Assembly: GCA_019113165.1 (NCBI GenBank)
Contig: DXHV01000055.1
Span: 30,009-94,008 of the forward strand
Reading direction: 5' to 3'
DNA length: 64,000 bases
DNA from: Candidatus Desulfovibrio intestinipullorum
GTDB lineage: Bacteria; Desulfobacterota; Desulfovibrionia; Desulfovibrionales; Desulfovibrionaceae
Shown here: positions 9,511-18,386 of the stretch, piece after piece
How the letters are laid out: each line of letters begins with the position of its first letter
Numbering within the stretch: the first letter of the stretch is position 1
Notes under the pieces: generated by a model
Database searches by the model: none
The model's input: only the letters and a program-made list of their open reading frames with translations
Told to the model about the DNA's origin: nothing
Translations under genes and position numbers: made by a program

Positions 9511-9526
9511 TGTGAAAATTGTCACA
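9511..9526. promoter_or_regulatory. CRP/FNR-type palindrome TGTGA-N6-TCACA upstream of the alcohol dehydrogenase gene
   Basis: tgtgaaaattgtcaca read directly in the AT-rich region 9420-9560, about 130 nt upstream of ATG 9655. It matches the generic CRP/FNR-family half-sites. Confidence 0.4.
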
Positions 9527-9654
9527 AAATTGCTCTTGACTGTTCGTTCAACCAGTTCTAGCCTTTGTCCAACACCACAAGGCCGGGTCCCCCCCCTGAA
9601 GGCCCGTACATGTCGGTCGCAATCTTTCGTTCTTCATGGTCAAGGAGATATCTT

Positions 9655-10869
9655 ATGCTTTTTTCGCGCAAGAACAGCTTTTCCAAGGTTCGTGAGATTC
9701 GTACAAAGGTGACGACCTATCTTGGCGTTGGCGCCATCAACAAGATCGATGACATCCTGGGCGAACTCAAGAGGCGGGGCATCAGTTCCGTCCTGTGCGT
9801 AACCGGCGGCCACTCCTACAAGCTGACCGGCGCCTGGGACAAGGTCTGCGCCGCAGCCGCAAACCACGGCATGGAGCTCAGCCTCTACAACAAGGTGACG
9901 CCCAATCCCACCACCGACTCTGTGGACGAGGCCGCAGCCTGCGGCAGGGCTGCAGGTGCCGGCGCTGTCATCACCATCGGTGGCGGAAGCCCCATCGACT
10001 GTGGCAAGGGTGCGGCCATTTTGCTCGCCAACCCCGACTATACCGGCGAAGACGTCTTCTGCAGCCGCGTGGTCCCGGACAAGGCCGTGCCCATCGTGGC
10101 CATCAATCTCACCCATGGCACGGGCTCGGAAGTGAACCGCTTTGCCGTCGCCACCGTGACCACGCTCAAATTCAAGCCGGCCATTGCCCTGGACTGCATC
10201 TACCCGACCTTCTCCATTGATGACCCGGCGCTCATGACGGGCCTCTCGCCCCAGCAGACCCTGTATGTCTCCATAGACGCGGTGAACCACAGCATTGAGG
10301 CGGCCACCACAACCTGCACCAATCCCTTTGCCATCATGCTGGCGGAAGAAGCGATAAGCACTGTCTACAGGAATCTGCCCAGGGCCATGGCCCATCCCGA
10401 CGAGCTGCCCACCAGGGGCGAGCTGGCCTACGCGGCCATGCTGGCAGGCGTAGCCTTCGACAATGGCATGTTGCACCTTACCCACGCCCTGGAACACCCC
10501 TTGAGCGGTGTCAGGCCCTCGCTGAGCCACGGCCTTGGTCTGGCCATCCTGCTGCCTGCCGTCATCGAGGAAATCTATCCGGCCAGCGCCCAGACCCTGG
10601 CCTATATCCTGAGGACCATTGTCCCCGGTCTTGCCGGCATGCCGGACGAGGCCCACAAGGTTGCCCTGGCCGTCCAGCAGTGGATCTTCGGCCTGGGCGT
10701 CACCGAAAAGCTCGAGGACATGGGCTTTGGCGAAGAGGACATCAACGGTCTGTGCGATCTTGTGGAACAGACTCCTTCCTTAAGCCTTCTGACCTCCCTG
10801 GCACCTGTGAAGGCAGACAGGGAACTGGTGGCGCGCATCTACAGAAATTCCCTGCGCCCCATGATCTAG
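9655..10869 (+). CDS. iron-containing (group III) alcohol dehydrogenase
   Basis: SD AAGGAGA before ATG 9655. GGGSPIDCGK nucleotide-binding motif and His-rich metal site (HSIEA, THALEHPLS). About 404 aa. Confidence 0.9.
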   Translation: MLFSRKNSFSKVREIRTKVTTYLGVGAINKIDDILGELKRRGISSVLCVTGGHSYKLTGAWDKVCAAAANHGMELSLYNKVTPNPTTDSVDEAAACGRAAGAGAVITIGGGSPIDCGKGAAILLANPDYTGEDVFCSRVVPDKAVPIVAINLTHGTGSEVNRFAVATVTTLKFKPAIALDCIYPTFSIDDPALMTGLSPQQTLYVSIDAVNHSIEAATTTCTNPFAIMLAEEAISTVYRNLPRAMAHPDELPTRGELAYAAMLAGVAFDNGMLHLTHALEHPLSGVRPSLSHGLGLAILLPAVIEEIYPASAQTLAYILRTIVPGLAGMPDEAHKVALAVQQWIFGLGVTEKLEDMGFGEEDINGLCDLVEQTPSLSLLTSLAPVKADRELVARIYRNSLRPMI

Positions 10870-10923
10870 TCCGCAGGCAGGGAAGGCTCTGTCTCTGAGA
10901 CGGATCCGACCAATGAGTCTTTC

Positions 10924-10972
10924 AGCCGGCATGGCGTGCGTGTGCACCCCATGCCGGCTCTCTCTTTTTTTG
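10924..10972 (+). terminator. rho-independent terminator after the alcohol dehydrogenase gene
   Basis: agccggcatgg ... ccatgccggct (11-bp stem) followed by ctctcttttttt. Confidence 0.7.
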
Positions 10973-11767
10973 GGGGCCCGTTCACGGAGTTCTGCTTCCT
11001 GCGCCCTGAACAGATGGGCGTTCCGGCCGTCAGGACAGGCAGTGCCTTTTTTCTTTGCCCTTTCCCATGCCTGTCCGGGATCAGCAGGAAACGTGTCCCC
11101 TGCCCTGCACAAGGGCTTTTTTCGTCGGGGCAGTTGCTGCAAAAACGGCAACAACTGACACCAGACCCGGCTTCCCGGAAAGCCCGGGACTGCGGGAGTG
11201 ATCCGCACTGTTGTGGCGCTCCAGCGTTGCGGGCAGGGACACAATCCACCTTTTTAGCCTTTGTCAGGTCCTGTCGGTCTCTCCGGGATCTGCCACCACT
11301 GTCTGCGAAGGCAGGGGCCTTTTCCGAGCATTGGCCGGCAGTATTGCCGTCTGCTTCCCCTGGCCCTGCCCATGCTGCCATCAGGCCATCCCGCCAAATC
11401 GCCTCAGGGGAGTGCGCTGTCTGCCCCCCCTGCAAAAAGGACACGGGGGCAACTTTGGGTGAAGGCCTTTCTCAAATGTACGAGTAGGACATGGACACTG
11501 ATCCGGCCTGTCAGGACGCTATTTTTGACGAATTTTTGCCTGCATTCGCGAACCTCGGAGCACAACGAGCCACTTTTTATAATGTCTTGATATTACTAAT
11601 AAAATTTAAATATCACAAAAACAGGTTCGCGCACGATATTTTATCAATAATGGCAGTATGTTACAGAAACTGCTTCCCGTTTGTCCGACAAAACAGGCGA
11701 CTGACTGGAGAGGTTCGCGAAAATGGGCTTGCAAGTCTTCGGGAAGAGCTGTATATTTCAAGGTGCT

Positions 11768-12021
11768 GTTGGAATCTTGACCTGACTCAAAGGGATTATG
11801 ACCCCGTAACCAGTGTGAATTCTAAGTCGTTTTCCTTTCTGTTGGAATCTTGACCTGACTCAAAGGGATTATGACCCTCTACCAGGGCGGTCCACTTGTC
11901 GTCGGTCTTGACGTTGGAATCTTGACCTGACTCAAAGGGATTATGACACGGCGTTTATAATTTCCGTATATTCCACGCCTACATTTGTTGGAATCTTGAC
12001 CTGACTCAAAAGGATTCCCAG
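11768..12021 (+). CRISPR. orphan mini CRISPR array A: 4 x 35-nt repeats (GTTGGAATCTTGACCTGACTCAAAGGGATTATGAC), 3 spacers of 37-39 nt
   Basis: Repeats at 11768, 11841, 11913 and 11987. The last repeat is degenerate in its 3' 11 nt. An AT-rich leader-like region lies upstream (11580-11760). Spacers are unique. No cas genes are in the window. Confidence 0.8.
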
Positions 12022-12452
12022 ACTCACAGACCGGAGCACTGCTTCCTGCACAGAAGTACTGCTCCGGTCTTCCTTTTTCCCAAAGCTCTTGTGCGTCCCT
12101 CCCCTGCTCTTTCAAAGGCACCCGCAACACTTTCCAAAAGCGGGCAAAAAGGGCACAATGCGGCCTGTCCGCCCCATCCGGGAGCGGTCTCTCTTCCCTG
12201 GTCTGTCACGGTTGGCCTGTCTCGGGGTACACGCCCTGCCCAAAGTGATCCCTGAACCCAATAGCTCCTTGCACTGCAAACCCGGACCGGGAACATAATT
12301 TCTTGCACAAGGAGGAGCATCAGCTCTCGCACAAGGAGTGCTCTCAAGCATTCTTCGAAAGAAGCGCTCGTCCCTTGCGGCCCTCGGCCCCGCGAGCATC
12401 GGGAAGAGGCCCCTGCACTGCGCCGATCTGCGCGAGCTGTGCAACAAAACTG

Positions 12453-13715
12453 ATGAAGCCCTTTCTCAAATTGCAGTCTGTCCCCGAGGTCCTTGCAGCC
12501 CTCGGGACCTTTCCCGTGCCGGAAGAGACGGACCTTGTGCCCCTGGACGAGAGTTGCGGCCGCTATCTGGCCGACGATCTCGTCTCGGACCAGGAGGTGC
12601 CGGGCTTTTGCCGGTCGACCGTAGACGGCTTTGCCGTCAGGGCCCAGGACGTGTTCGGAGCAGGCGAAAGCCAGCCTGCCCTGCTCACCCTGACCGAGCC
12701 CTGCCAGATGGGCGTCGATGTCACCAGGCCCCTGCAGCCTGGCGAGGCAGCCCCCATTCTGACGGGCGGCATGCTGCCCGACGGCGCCGATGCCGTGGTC
12801 ATGGTGGAATATTCTCGCCCGGCCGGCGGGGATCTTGTGGAACTTACCCGCTCCGTGGCGCCCTGGGACCATGTGCTGGCCCGGGACGAGGACGTTCAGA
12901 AGGGCATGCTCTGCCTGAAAAGGGGCCAGCGCCTGCGGCCGCAGGACGTGGGCCTGCTGGCTGCCCTGGGTCATATGCAGGTTGCCGTGGCCCGGCGCCC
13001 CAGGGTGGCCCTGATTTCCACGGGCGACGAAGTCGTGCCTGCAGACACCACCCCTGCAGCAGGCCAGATCCGCGATGTCAATGCCCACAGCATTGCCGCC
13101 CTGTGCCGCGAGGAAGGGGCGGAGGTGACCTTTGCGGGCCTTCTGCGCGACGACGAAGGCACGCTCGGCGACCTTGTGAACAGGCTGTGCGCTTCCTTTG
13201 ACGTTGTTCTGGTCTCGGGCGGCTCGTCGGCCGGCATGCGCGATCACACCCTTGATGCCTTCTGCCAGGGCGACGAGAAGGCCCTGCTCTGCCACGGCGT
13301 GGCCTTGAGCCCAGGCAAGCCCTTCATCCTGGCCAGACGCGGATCCGTCTGTCTGGTGGGTCTGCCAGGCCACGTGGCCAGCGCCCTTGTCTGTGCGCGC
13401 ACCTTTGTGCGGCCCCTCCTGCGCCACCTGCAGGGCGGACCCGTCGACATGCTGCAGGGCCATGTGCTGGCCAGGCTCTCCCGGCCCATTGCCTCGGCCC
13501 AGGGCCGCAGGGACTGCATCAGGGTCCTGCTCGAACCTCTGGAGCAGCCCGAAGCCTGCTGCGACAGGGTGCAGGTTGCCTGGCAGGCCGTGCCCATTAC
13601 CTCGCCCTCGGGCTGCATCTCCAGCCTGACCAGGGCCACGGGTATTGTGCTGTGCCCGGAACAGAGCGAGGGGCTCTACGAGGGCGAACTCGTTCAGGTG
13701 GAACTTTTGCAGTAG
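12453..13715 (+). CDS. moeA: molybdopterin molybdenum/tungsten transferase MoeA
   Basis: ATG 12453 inside ORF 12303..13715. MKPFLKLQSVPEVL..., VPGFCRSTVDGFAVRAQD, PILTGGMLPDGADAVVMVE, VSGGSSAGMRD and ALSPGKPF are typical MoeA N, MoCF-biosynthesis and C-terminal domain motifs. Confidence 0.85.
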   Translation: MKPFLKLQSVPEVLAALGTFPVPEETDLVPLDESCGRYLADDLVSDQEVPGFCRSTVDGFAVRAQDVFGAGESQPALLTLTEPCQMGVDVTRPLQPGEAAPILTGGMLPDGADAVVMVEYSRPAGGDLVELTRSVAPWDHVLARDEDVQKGMLCLKRGQRLRPQDVGLLAALGHMQVAVARRPRVALISTGDEVVPADTTPAAGQIRDVNAHSIAALCREEGAEVTFAGLLRDDEGTLGDLVNRLCASFDVVLVSGGSSAGMRDHTLDAFCQGDEKALLCHGVALSPGKPFILARRGSVCLVGLPGHVASALVCARTFVRPLLRHLQGGPVDMLQGHVLARLSRPIASAQGRRDCIRVLLEPLEQPEACCDRVQVAWQAVPITSPSGCISSLTRATGIVLCPEQSEGLYEGELVQVELLQ

Positions 13716-13727
13716 GGGGAGACAGAC

Positions 13728-15731
13728 ATGACAACACAGGCAACCGATGCTGGCAGGGACATTGCCCGCCGGCTGGAAAAGGGCCAGAAGCGCAATACCT
13801 ATCTCGATTTGAAACCCCTGGCCGAGGCCAGGGATCTGTGGTTTGCGGCCATTGAAGCGTCGGGCTTTGCCCTGCAGGAGGAAGAAGTGCCCCTGCCCGA
13901 GGCCCGGCGCAGGGTCACCTCGCGCCTTGTGCAGGCCGCCCTCTCCTCGCCGCCCTTCCATGCCGCGGCCATGGACGGCATTGCCGTGAAGGCCGAGACA
14001 ACCTTCAGCGCCAGCACGCGCCACCCCCTGGATCTGCAGGTGGGCACCCAGGCCTTCTGGATCAATACGGGCCAGAAGCTGCCCGAGGGCTGCAACGCGG
14101 TCATCATGATCGAGAATCTGGTGGCCTCCCCGTCCGGCGAGAGCGTGCGCATAGAGCGCGCCGCCTTTCCTTGGCAGCATGTGCGCAAGCTGGGCGAGGA
14201 CATGGTGCACTCGGAGATTCTGCTCGCTCCGGGCACCCGCATAGGGCCCTACGAGATCGGCGCCCTGGCCGCAGCCCGCGTTCTCTCCGTGCCGGTCTGC
14301 AAAAAGCCCGTTGTGGCCATCATTCCCAGCGGCTCGGAGATTGTGCCACTCATGCAGGCCCGCGAGGAGGACCTCTGCGAGGGCCGCTGCTGGCCGGAGT
14401 TCAACTCGCTCATCTTTGCCTCCCTTGTGGAAGAGGCCGGCGCCACGGCCAGGGTGTGCGACATTGTGCCGGATGACCCGGACCTTCTGCAGAAGGCCGT
14501 GCGCACAGCCCTGGCCGAGGGCGCAGACATTGTGCTCCTCAACGCGGGCTCCTCGGCCGGCAGCAGGGACTACACCGCCCATGTGCTGCAGACCCTGGGC
14601 ACGCTCCTGGTCCACGGCATAGCGGTCATGCCCGGCAAGCCGGCCGTGCTGGGCCTGGTGGACGGGCACCCCGTGATCGGCGCTCCGGGCTACCCGGTCT
14701 CGGCCACCATTGTGGTGGAGGAATTTCTGCTGCCCCTGCTCGCCAGGCTGCAGCACACCATCAATCCCGCACGCCAGACCATTGAGGCCAGGCTCTGCCA
14801 GCCCCTGCCCTCCAGACCGGGCATGGAAGAACGCATCCGTGTGAAGCTGGGCGACGTGGACGGCACGGTCATGGCCGTGCCCCTGGCCAGGGGCGCAGGC
14901 ACGGTGACCTCCCTGAGCCGCGCCGACGGCATGCTCGCCGTTCCGGCGGCCAGCGAGGGCCTGGACGCAGGCGCTGCGGTCAGCGTGGCCCTGCTGCGGC
15001 CGCAGGAAACAATCCGCTCGGCCCTGCTGGCCATTGGCAGCCACGACAATACCCTGGATCTGCTGGACAGCCTGCTGCGCCGGCGCACCTCCCTTGCCTG
15101 CAGTCTCACCTCCGTGCACGTGGGCTCCCTGGGCGGCCTGCAGGCCCTGGAACGCCATCAGTGCCATCTGGCAGGCTCCCACCTCCTCAACCTGGAGGAC
15201 GGCGTCTACAATCGCCAGGCCATCAGGGACAACATAAGCGAACCCGTGGTGCTGCTGCGCCTTGTGGACCGCGTGCAGGGCCTCATGGTCCGCCCCGGCA
15301 ATCCCCTGCACATAGAGGGTATACGCGATCTGGTGCGCGAGGACGTGACCTTCATCAACCGCCAGCGCGGCAGCGGCACCAGGGTGCTGCTCGACTGCCT
15401 TCTGGGCAGGGAAGGGATCAGGGCCCAGGCCATCAGAGGCTACAGGGACGAGGAGTTCACCCACATGAACGTGGCGGCGGCCGTGCTGAGCGGCCGGGCC
15501 GACACGGGCCTTGGCGTGCTTTCCTCGGCCAGGGCCCTGGGCCTGGACTTCATCCCCATTGGCGTGGAGGAATACGATCTCGTCATCCCGCAGCGCTTCT
15601 TCGAGGACAGCCGCATGCAGGCCCTGCTTGCCACCATCCGCTCCCGGGTGTTCCTGGATCAGGTGGCTGCCATGGGCGGCTACGGCACAGAAAAGACAGG
15701 CCAGGTGGTCTGGGAATACGAGGGACGCTGA
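13728..15731 (+). CDS. MoeA-like molybdopterin biosynthesis protein fused to a C-terminal periplasmic-binding-protein-like (PBP-like) domain
   Basis: SD GGGGGAG before ATG 13728. The N-terminal 400 aa are MoeA-like (PFHAAAMDGIAV, NAGSSAGSRDY, VMPGKPAV). The C-terminal ~230 aa (AIGSHDNTLDLL..NRQRGSGTRVLLD..ADTGLGV) are PBP-like. Confidence 0.8.
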   Translation: MTTQATDAGRDIARRLEKGQKRNTYLDLKPLAEARDLWFAAIEASGFALQEEEVPLPEARRRVTSRLVQAALSSPPFHAAAMDGIAVKAETTFSASTRHPLDLQVGTQAFWINTGQKLPEGCNAVIMIENLVASPSGESVRIERAAFPWQHVRKLGEDMVHSEILLAPGTRIGPYEIGALAAARVLSVPVCKKPVVAIIPSGSEIVPLMQAREEDLCEGRCWPEFNSLIFASLVEEAGATARVCDIVPDDPDLLQKAVRTALAEGADIVLLNAGSSAGSRDYTAHVLQTLGTLLVHGIAVMPGKPAVLGLVDGHPVIGAPGYPVSATIVVEEFLLPLLARLQHTINPARQTIEARLCQPLPSRPGMEERIRVKLGDVDGTVMAVPLARGAGTVTSLSRADGMLAVPAASEGLDAGAAVSVALLRPQETIRSALLAIGSHDNTLDLLDSLLRRRTSLACSLTSVHVGSLGGLQALERHQCHLAGSHLLNLEDGVYNRQAIRDNISEPVVLLRLVDRVQGLMVRPGNPLHIEGIRDLVREDVTFINRQRGSGTRVLLDCLLGREGIRAQAIRGYRDEEFTHMNVAAAVLSGRADTGLGVLSSARALGLDFIPIGVEEYDLVIPQRFFEDSRMQALLATIRSRVFLDQVAAMGGYGTEKTGQVVWEYEGR

Positions 15732-15877
15732 CGGGCTGACACGGACCGAGGCACTGTGCAAAATGCGCTGTCCCATTTGCTCTGGCTCACAAGACCGCAC
15801 GGTCTGCTTGATGGAGCTTCCATCCTGTCTCTCCACGGCTCAGGTGTATCAGGGTGACGCAGAGACGGGAGACCTGG

Positions 15878-15894
15878 TTTTGCACAGTGCCTGA
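15878..15894 (+). repeat. left copy of a perfect 17-bp direct repeat ttttgcacagtgcctga flanking the AT-rich cassette
   Basis: Identical 17-mer at 16532-16548. GC content drops sharply between the copies (from about 16020). Confidence 0.85.
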
Positions 15895-16027
15895 AAAGCA
15901 AAAGACCATGGAGCAGAGGATTGCCCGGATGGCTCGGCATCTTGCCAGCGGGCACCCCAACAACGAACACAGGGAAACGGATTTTGAGAAGAAGAGCAAT
16001 GACGTCAGGCGATGCTGATATATTGGA

Positions 16028-16495
16028 ATGGAGCTTGGTATGGGCTGCAAAGATGTACTAAGATTTTTTATTGTCTGTTGTCTGTCTCTTGTTCTCTACA
16101 TACTCGGTTTTTTTCCAGATAAAGAACTTCTATCAATATCTTTTCTACTTCTTTGCATATTTTTCTCAGTTGGTATAGGAACAATTGGTACTATTGAACT
16201 AAATAAAATTAAAAATGTTTCAATATTGAAAAGACTAAAAGAAGGAATTGACAAACTCGTCAATAAATTTATTGCATATTTTGCAATCTCTCTATTTTTA
16301 TATATTGCAGGAGAACAATGCCTGGGAAAAACAGGCTTGTCTACTATTGTTATTTTGAATATTTCAATAGACTTGTATCATAGTATTGTGCGTCTCTGTT
16401 TTGCTTGTATAGCATTTGTTACTCTATACATGTTTCAAAATTGTATAGAATTAAGAAAGTTAAAATATGATATTCTAAAAGAACTTAACAAATAA
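16028..16495 (+). CDS. hypothetical small membrane protein in an AT-rich cassette
   Basis: Only long ORF in the low-GC stretch. About 4 hydrophobic segments (FFIVCCLSLVLYILGFF, SISFLLLCIFFSVGIGTIGTI, FIAYFAISLFLYIA, LCFACIAFVTLYMF). Codon usage is unlike the neighbours. No family recognised. Confidence 0.5.
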   Translation: MELGMGCKDVLRFFIVCCLSLVLYILGFFPDKELLSISFLLLCIFFSVGIGTIGTIELNKIKNVSILKRLKEGIDKLVNKFIAYFAISLFLYIAGEQCLGKTGLSTIVILNISIDLYHSIVRLCFACIAFVTLYMFQNCIELRKLKYDILKELNK

Positions 16496-16531
16496 AATTG
16501 AGAGTGCTCAAGTCAGAAATGAGACATCTTT

Positions 16532-16548
16532 TTTTGCACAGTGCCTGA
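16532..16548 (+). repeat. right copy of the 17-bp direct repeat ttttgcacagtgcctga
   Basis: See 15878-15894. Confidence 0.85.
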
Positions 16549-16589
16549 CCGACTGCCAGGGTCCGAGCACACAGGCTCCCTGACAGCAC

Positions 16590-16619
16590 GAAGAGCCGCC
16601 CCGGTGGGAGCGGCTCTTC
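16590..16619. terminator. GC-rich hairpin between convergent genes (possible bidirectional terminator)
   Basis: gaagagccgc-N10-gcggctcttc, a 10-bp perfect stem. The flanking T-runs are weak. Confidence 0.4.
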
Positions 16620-16662
16620 CTGTCCTGTTTGCGATGTGTGGCCCTGCTGTCGTTGCGGGGTC

Positions 16663-17610
16663 TCAGCTGCCAAGCTCGAAGGTCTCAAGCTCCAGCTGCC
16701 CACAGTCCAGGTGGTAGAGCGGTGTCAGGGCTCCGCCCTGCTGTCCGCCGTTCGGATTCTTCGTCCGAGCATCCTTGCGGTTGTCCATCTGCCCGAAGAG
16801 CACCCTGAGGCCCAGGGAGACCATCATGCAGGCCGTGCCCGTGACGGCCAGCACGGAGACAGGCTGACGTGCGGGCTGTTCGGGCGCGCTTTCTCCGTAG
16901 AGCAGGCTCAGGCCCGCGGGGCCATGGGCCGGACTGGCCAGGGCCAGACCTTCCTGCAGGCTCACGCCGCCGTGTACAAAGGGGAGCCCTGCGGCCTGGC
17001 AGGCTTTCTCCAGCTGCATCTTGGTGGCCAGATTGTCCAGGCAGTCGAAGACCAGGTCTGCGCCGGCAAGAAAGTCGGGCATGGTGTCGTCGTTCAGGGT
17101 CAGTGCCAGGGGGCGCACCCTGGCATAGTCGGCAATGTCCGCGACAAAGCCCGCGGCCACCTCCACCTTGGGACAGCCCAGCACCTTCTGCGTGCAGAAG
17201 GCCTGACGGTTCAGATTGCTTTCCGAAAAGACGTCCCTGTCGCAGAGGGTGAAGTGACAGACGCCCAGGCGGGCCAGCAGGGCCGTCACATGGCCGCCCA
17301 GACCGCCCGCACCGGCAATGGCCACCCTGGTGCGCAAAAGGCACTGCATCTGCCTGGCCGTATACGCGCCGCAGTTTTGCCTGAAGCGCTCGGGCCAGAC
17401 ATCGAGATCAAGGAGGGCCGCCATGACCTCGGGCAGAGCCTCGGGTACAGGCTGGCCCTGCGCCCTGGCCCAGGCCCTGATGCAGCGGTCTTCCACAAAA
17501 AGGGGCTCGGAGCCGGACAGGTCTGCCTGTGCCGTGCAGCCGGCAGCCGGCAGCGTTTCGGGAAAGTGCGCGGCCAGAAATTCGTGAAACTCGTGGCGGG
17601 TCGGGGCCAT
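16663..17610 (-). CDS. ThiF/MoeB/HesA-family E1-like adenylyltransferase
   Basis: ATG 17610. VAIAGAGGLGGHVTALLARLGVCHFTLCDRDVFSESNLNRQ is the dinucleotide-binding/adenylation motif. Lies next to a MoaD-like GG-terminated carrier gene. Confidence 0.8.
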   Translation of the reverse strand: MAPTRHEFHEFLAAHFPETLPAAGCTAQADLSGSEPLFVEDRCIRAWARAQGQPVPEALPEVMAALLDLDVWPERFRQNCGAYTARQMQCLLRTRVAIAGAGGLGGHVTALLARLGVCHFTLCDRDVFSESNLNRQAFCTQKVLGCPKVEVAAGFVADIADYARVRPLALTLNDDTMPDFLAGADLVFDCLDNLATKMQLEKACQAAGLPFVHGGVSLQEGLALASPAHGPAGLSLLYGESAPEQPARQPVSVLAVTGTACMMVSLGLRVLFGQMDNRKDARTKNPNGGQQGGALTPLYHLDCGQLELETFELGS

Positions 17611-17847
17611 GGCAATCCTCTTCTCTGCAGGCGGCAGCAGACGGCAAAAATCGACAGACAACGACAAGGGGTCCCCTGTGTTCCTGCGTTCAGGAAGGCC
17701 AGGGGACAGGCAAACTGGCGTGCGAGCTGATGACCGGGGATGGGCCAAAGATGTGCCAGAGATGTACCAGACGTGCCCGGAACCGGTCGTGTTCAGGACA
17801 GGCCTATGGACAGACGGGCCACCGGACGGATCAGTCGTGTCCCTGGC

Positions 17848-18090
17848 CTAGCCGCCGCCCACGGGCGGAAAGAGGGCCAGGCGGTCACCGTCGTGCAGCT
17901 CCTGCTCCAGGGGACTCTGGCGGGCATTGATCATGACGATCTTGATTTCGCTGGCCGGGATGTTCAGTCTGGCCGCCACGTCTGCGGCCGTGCTGCCCTC
18001 GGGAACATCGTCGAGCAGCAGTCCGGGGGTGGGCTGATAGTCTGGCACAAGATCCCTGAGCGTCGTGCTCAGCTTGACGAGGATGTGCAT
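17848..18090 (-). CDS. MoaD/ThiS-family sulfur-carrier protein (C-terminal GG)
   Basis: SD AGGAG before ATG 18090. 80 aa ending ...DGDRLALFPPVGGG. Confidence 0.8.
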   Translation of the reverse strand: MHILVKLSTTLRDLVPDYQPTPGLLLDDVPEGSTAADVAARLNIPASEIKIVMINARQSPLEQELHDGDRLALFPPVGGG

Positions 18091-18386
18091 GCAAGGAACT
18101 CCTGGAAAAGAAGGTTGATGATCACGCCCCACTCTCGCATGAAAGCCAGCCCCTGCAAAGCCCTTCACAGGGAAGCCCTGCCATGGGGAACGCCCTGCCC
18201 CGGGCCATGTCTTGCAAAAGCCGGCCCCGGGGAAAGCACTTCCTTGTGAAAGACCCGGCCAGGCGTATGGTCTGACCGGGTCTTTGAGGGTTCATGCAGT
18301 GCAAGGCTGCGGGCCCTGCCGCTGCCCCGGGAGGCAAGGATCAGAACAATCCTGTCCCCCGTGCCGGCGGCATCAAGTCCCCAGGC

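Noticed and set aside
12024-15836. 1270-aa ORF on the minus strand
   Set aside because: It is antisense to two + strand genes with clear MoeA and PBP-like motifs and SD-supported starts. Its translation is Gly/Ala/His/Gln/Arg-rich low complexity, typical of high-GC antisense frames.
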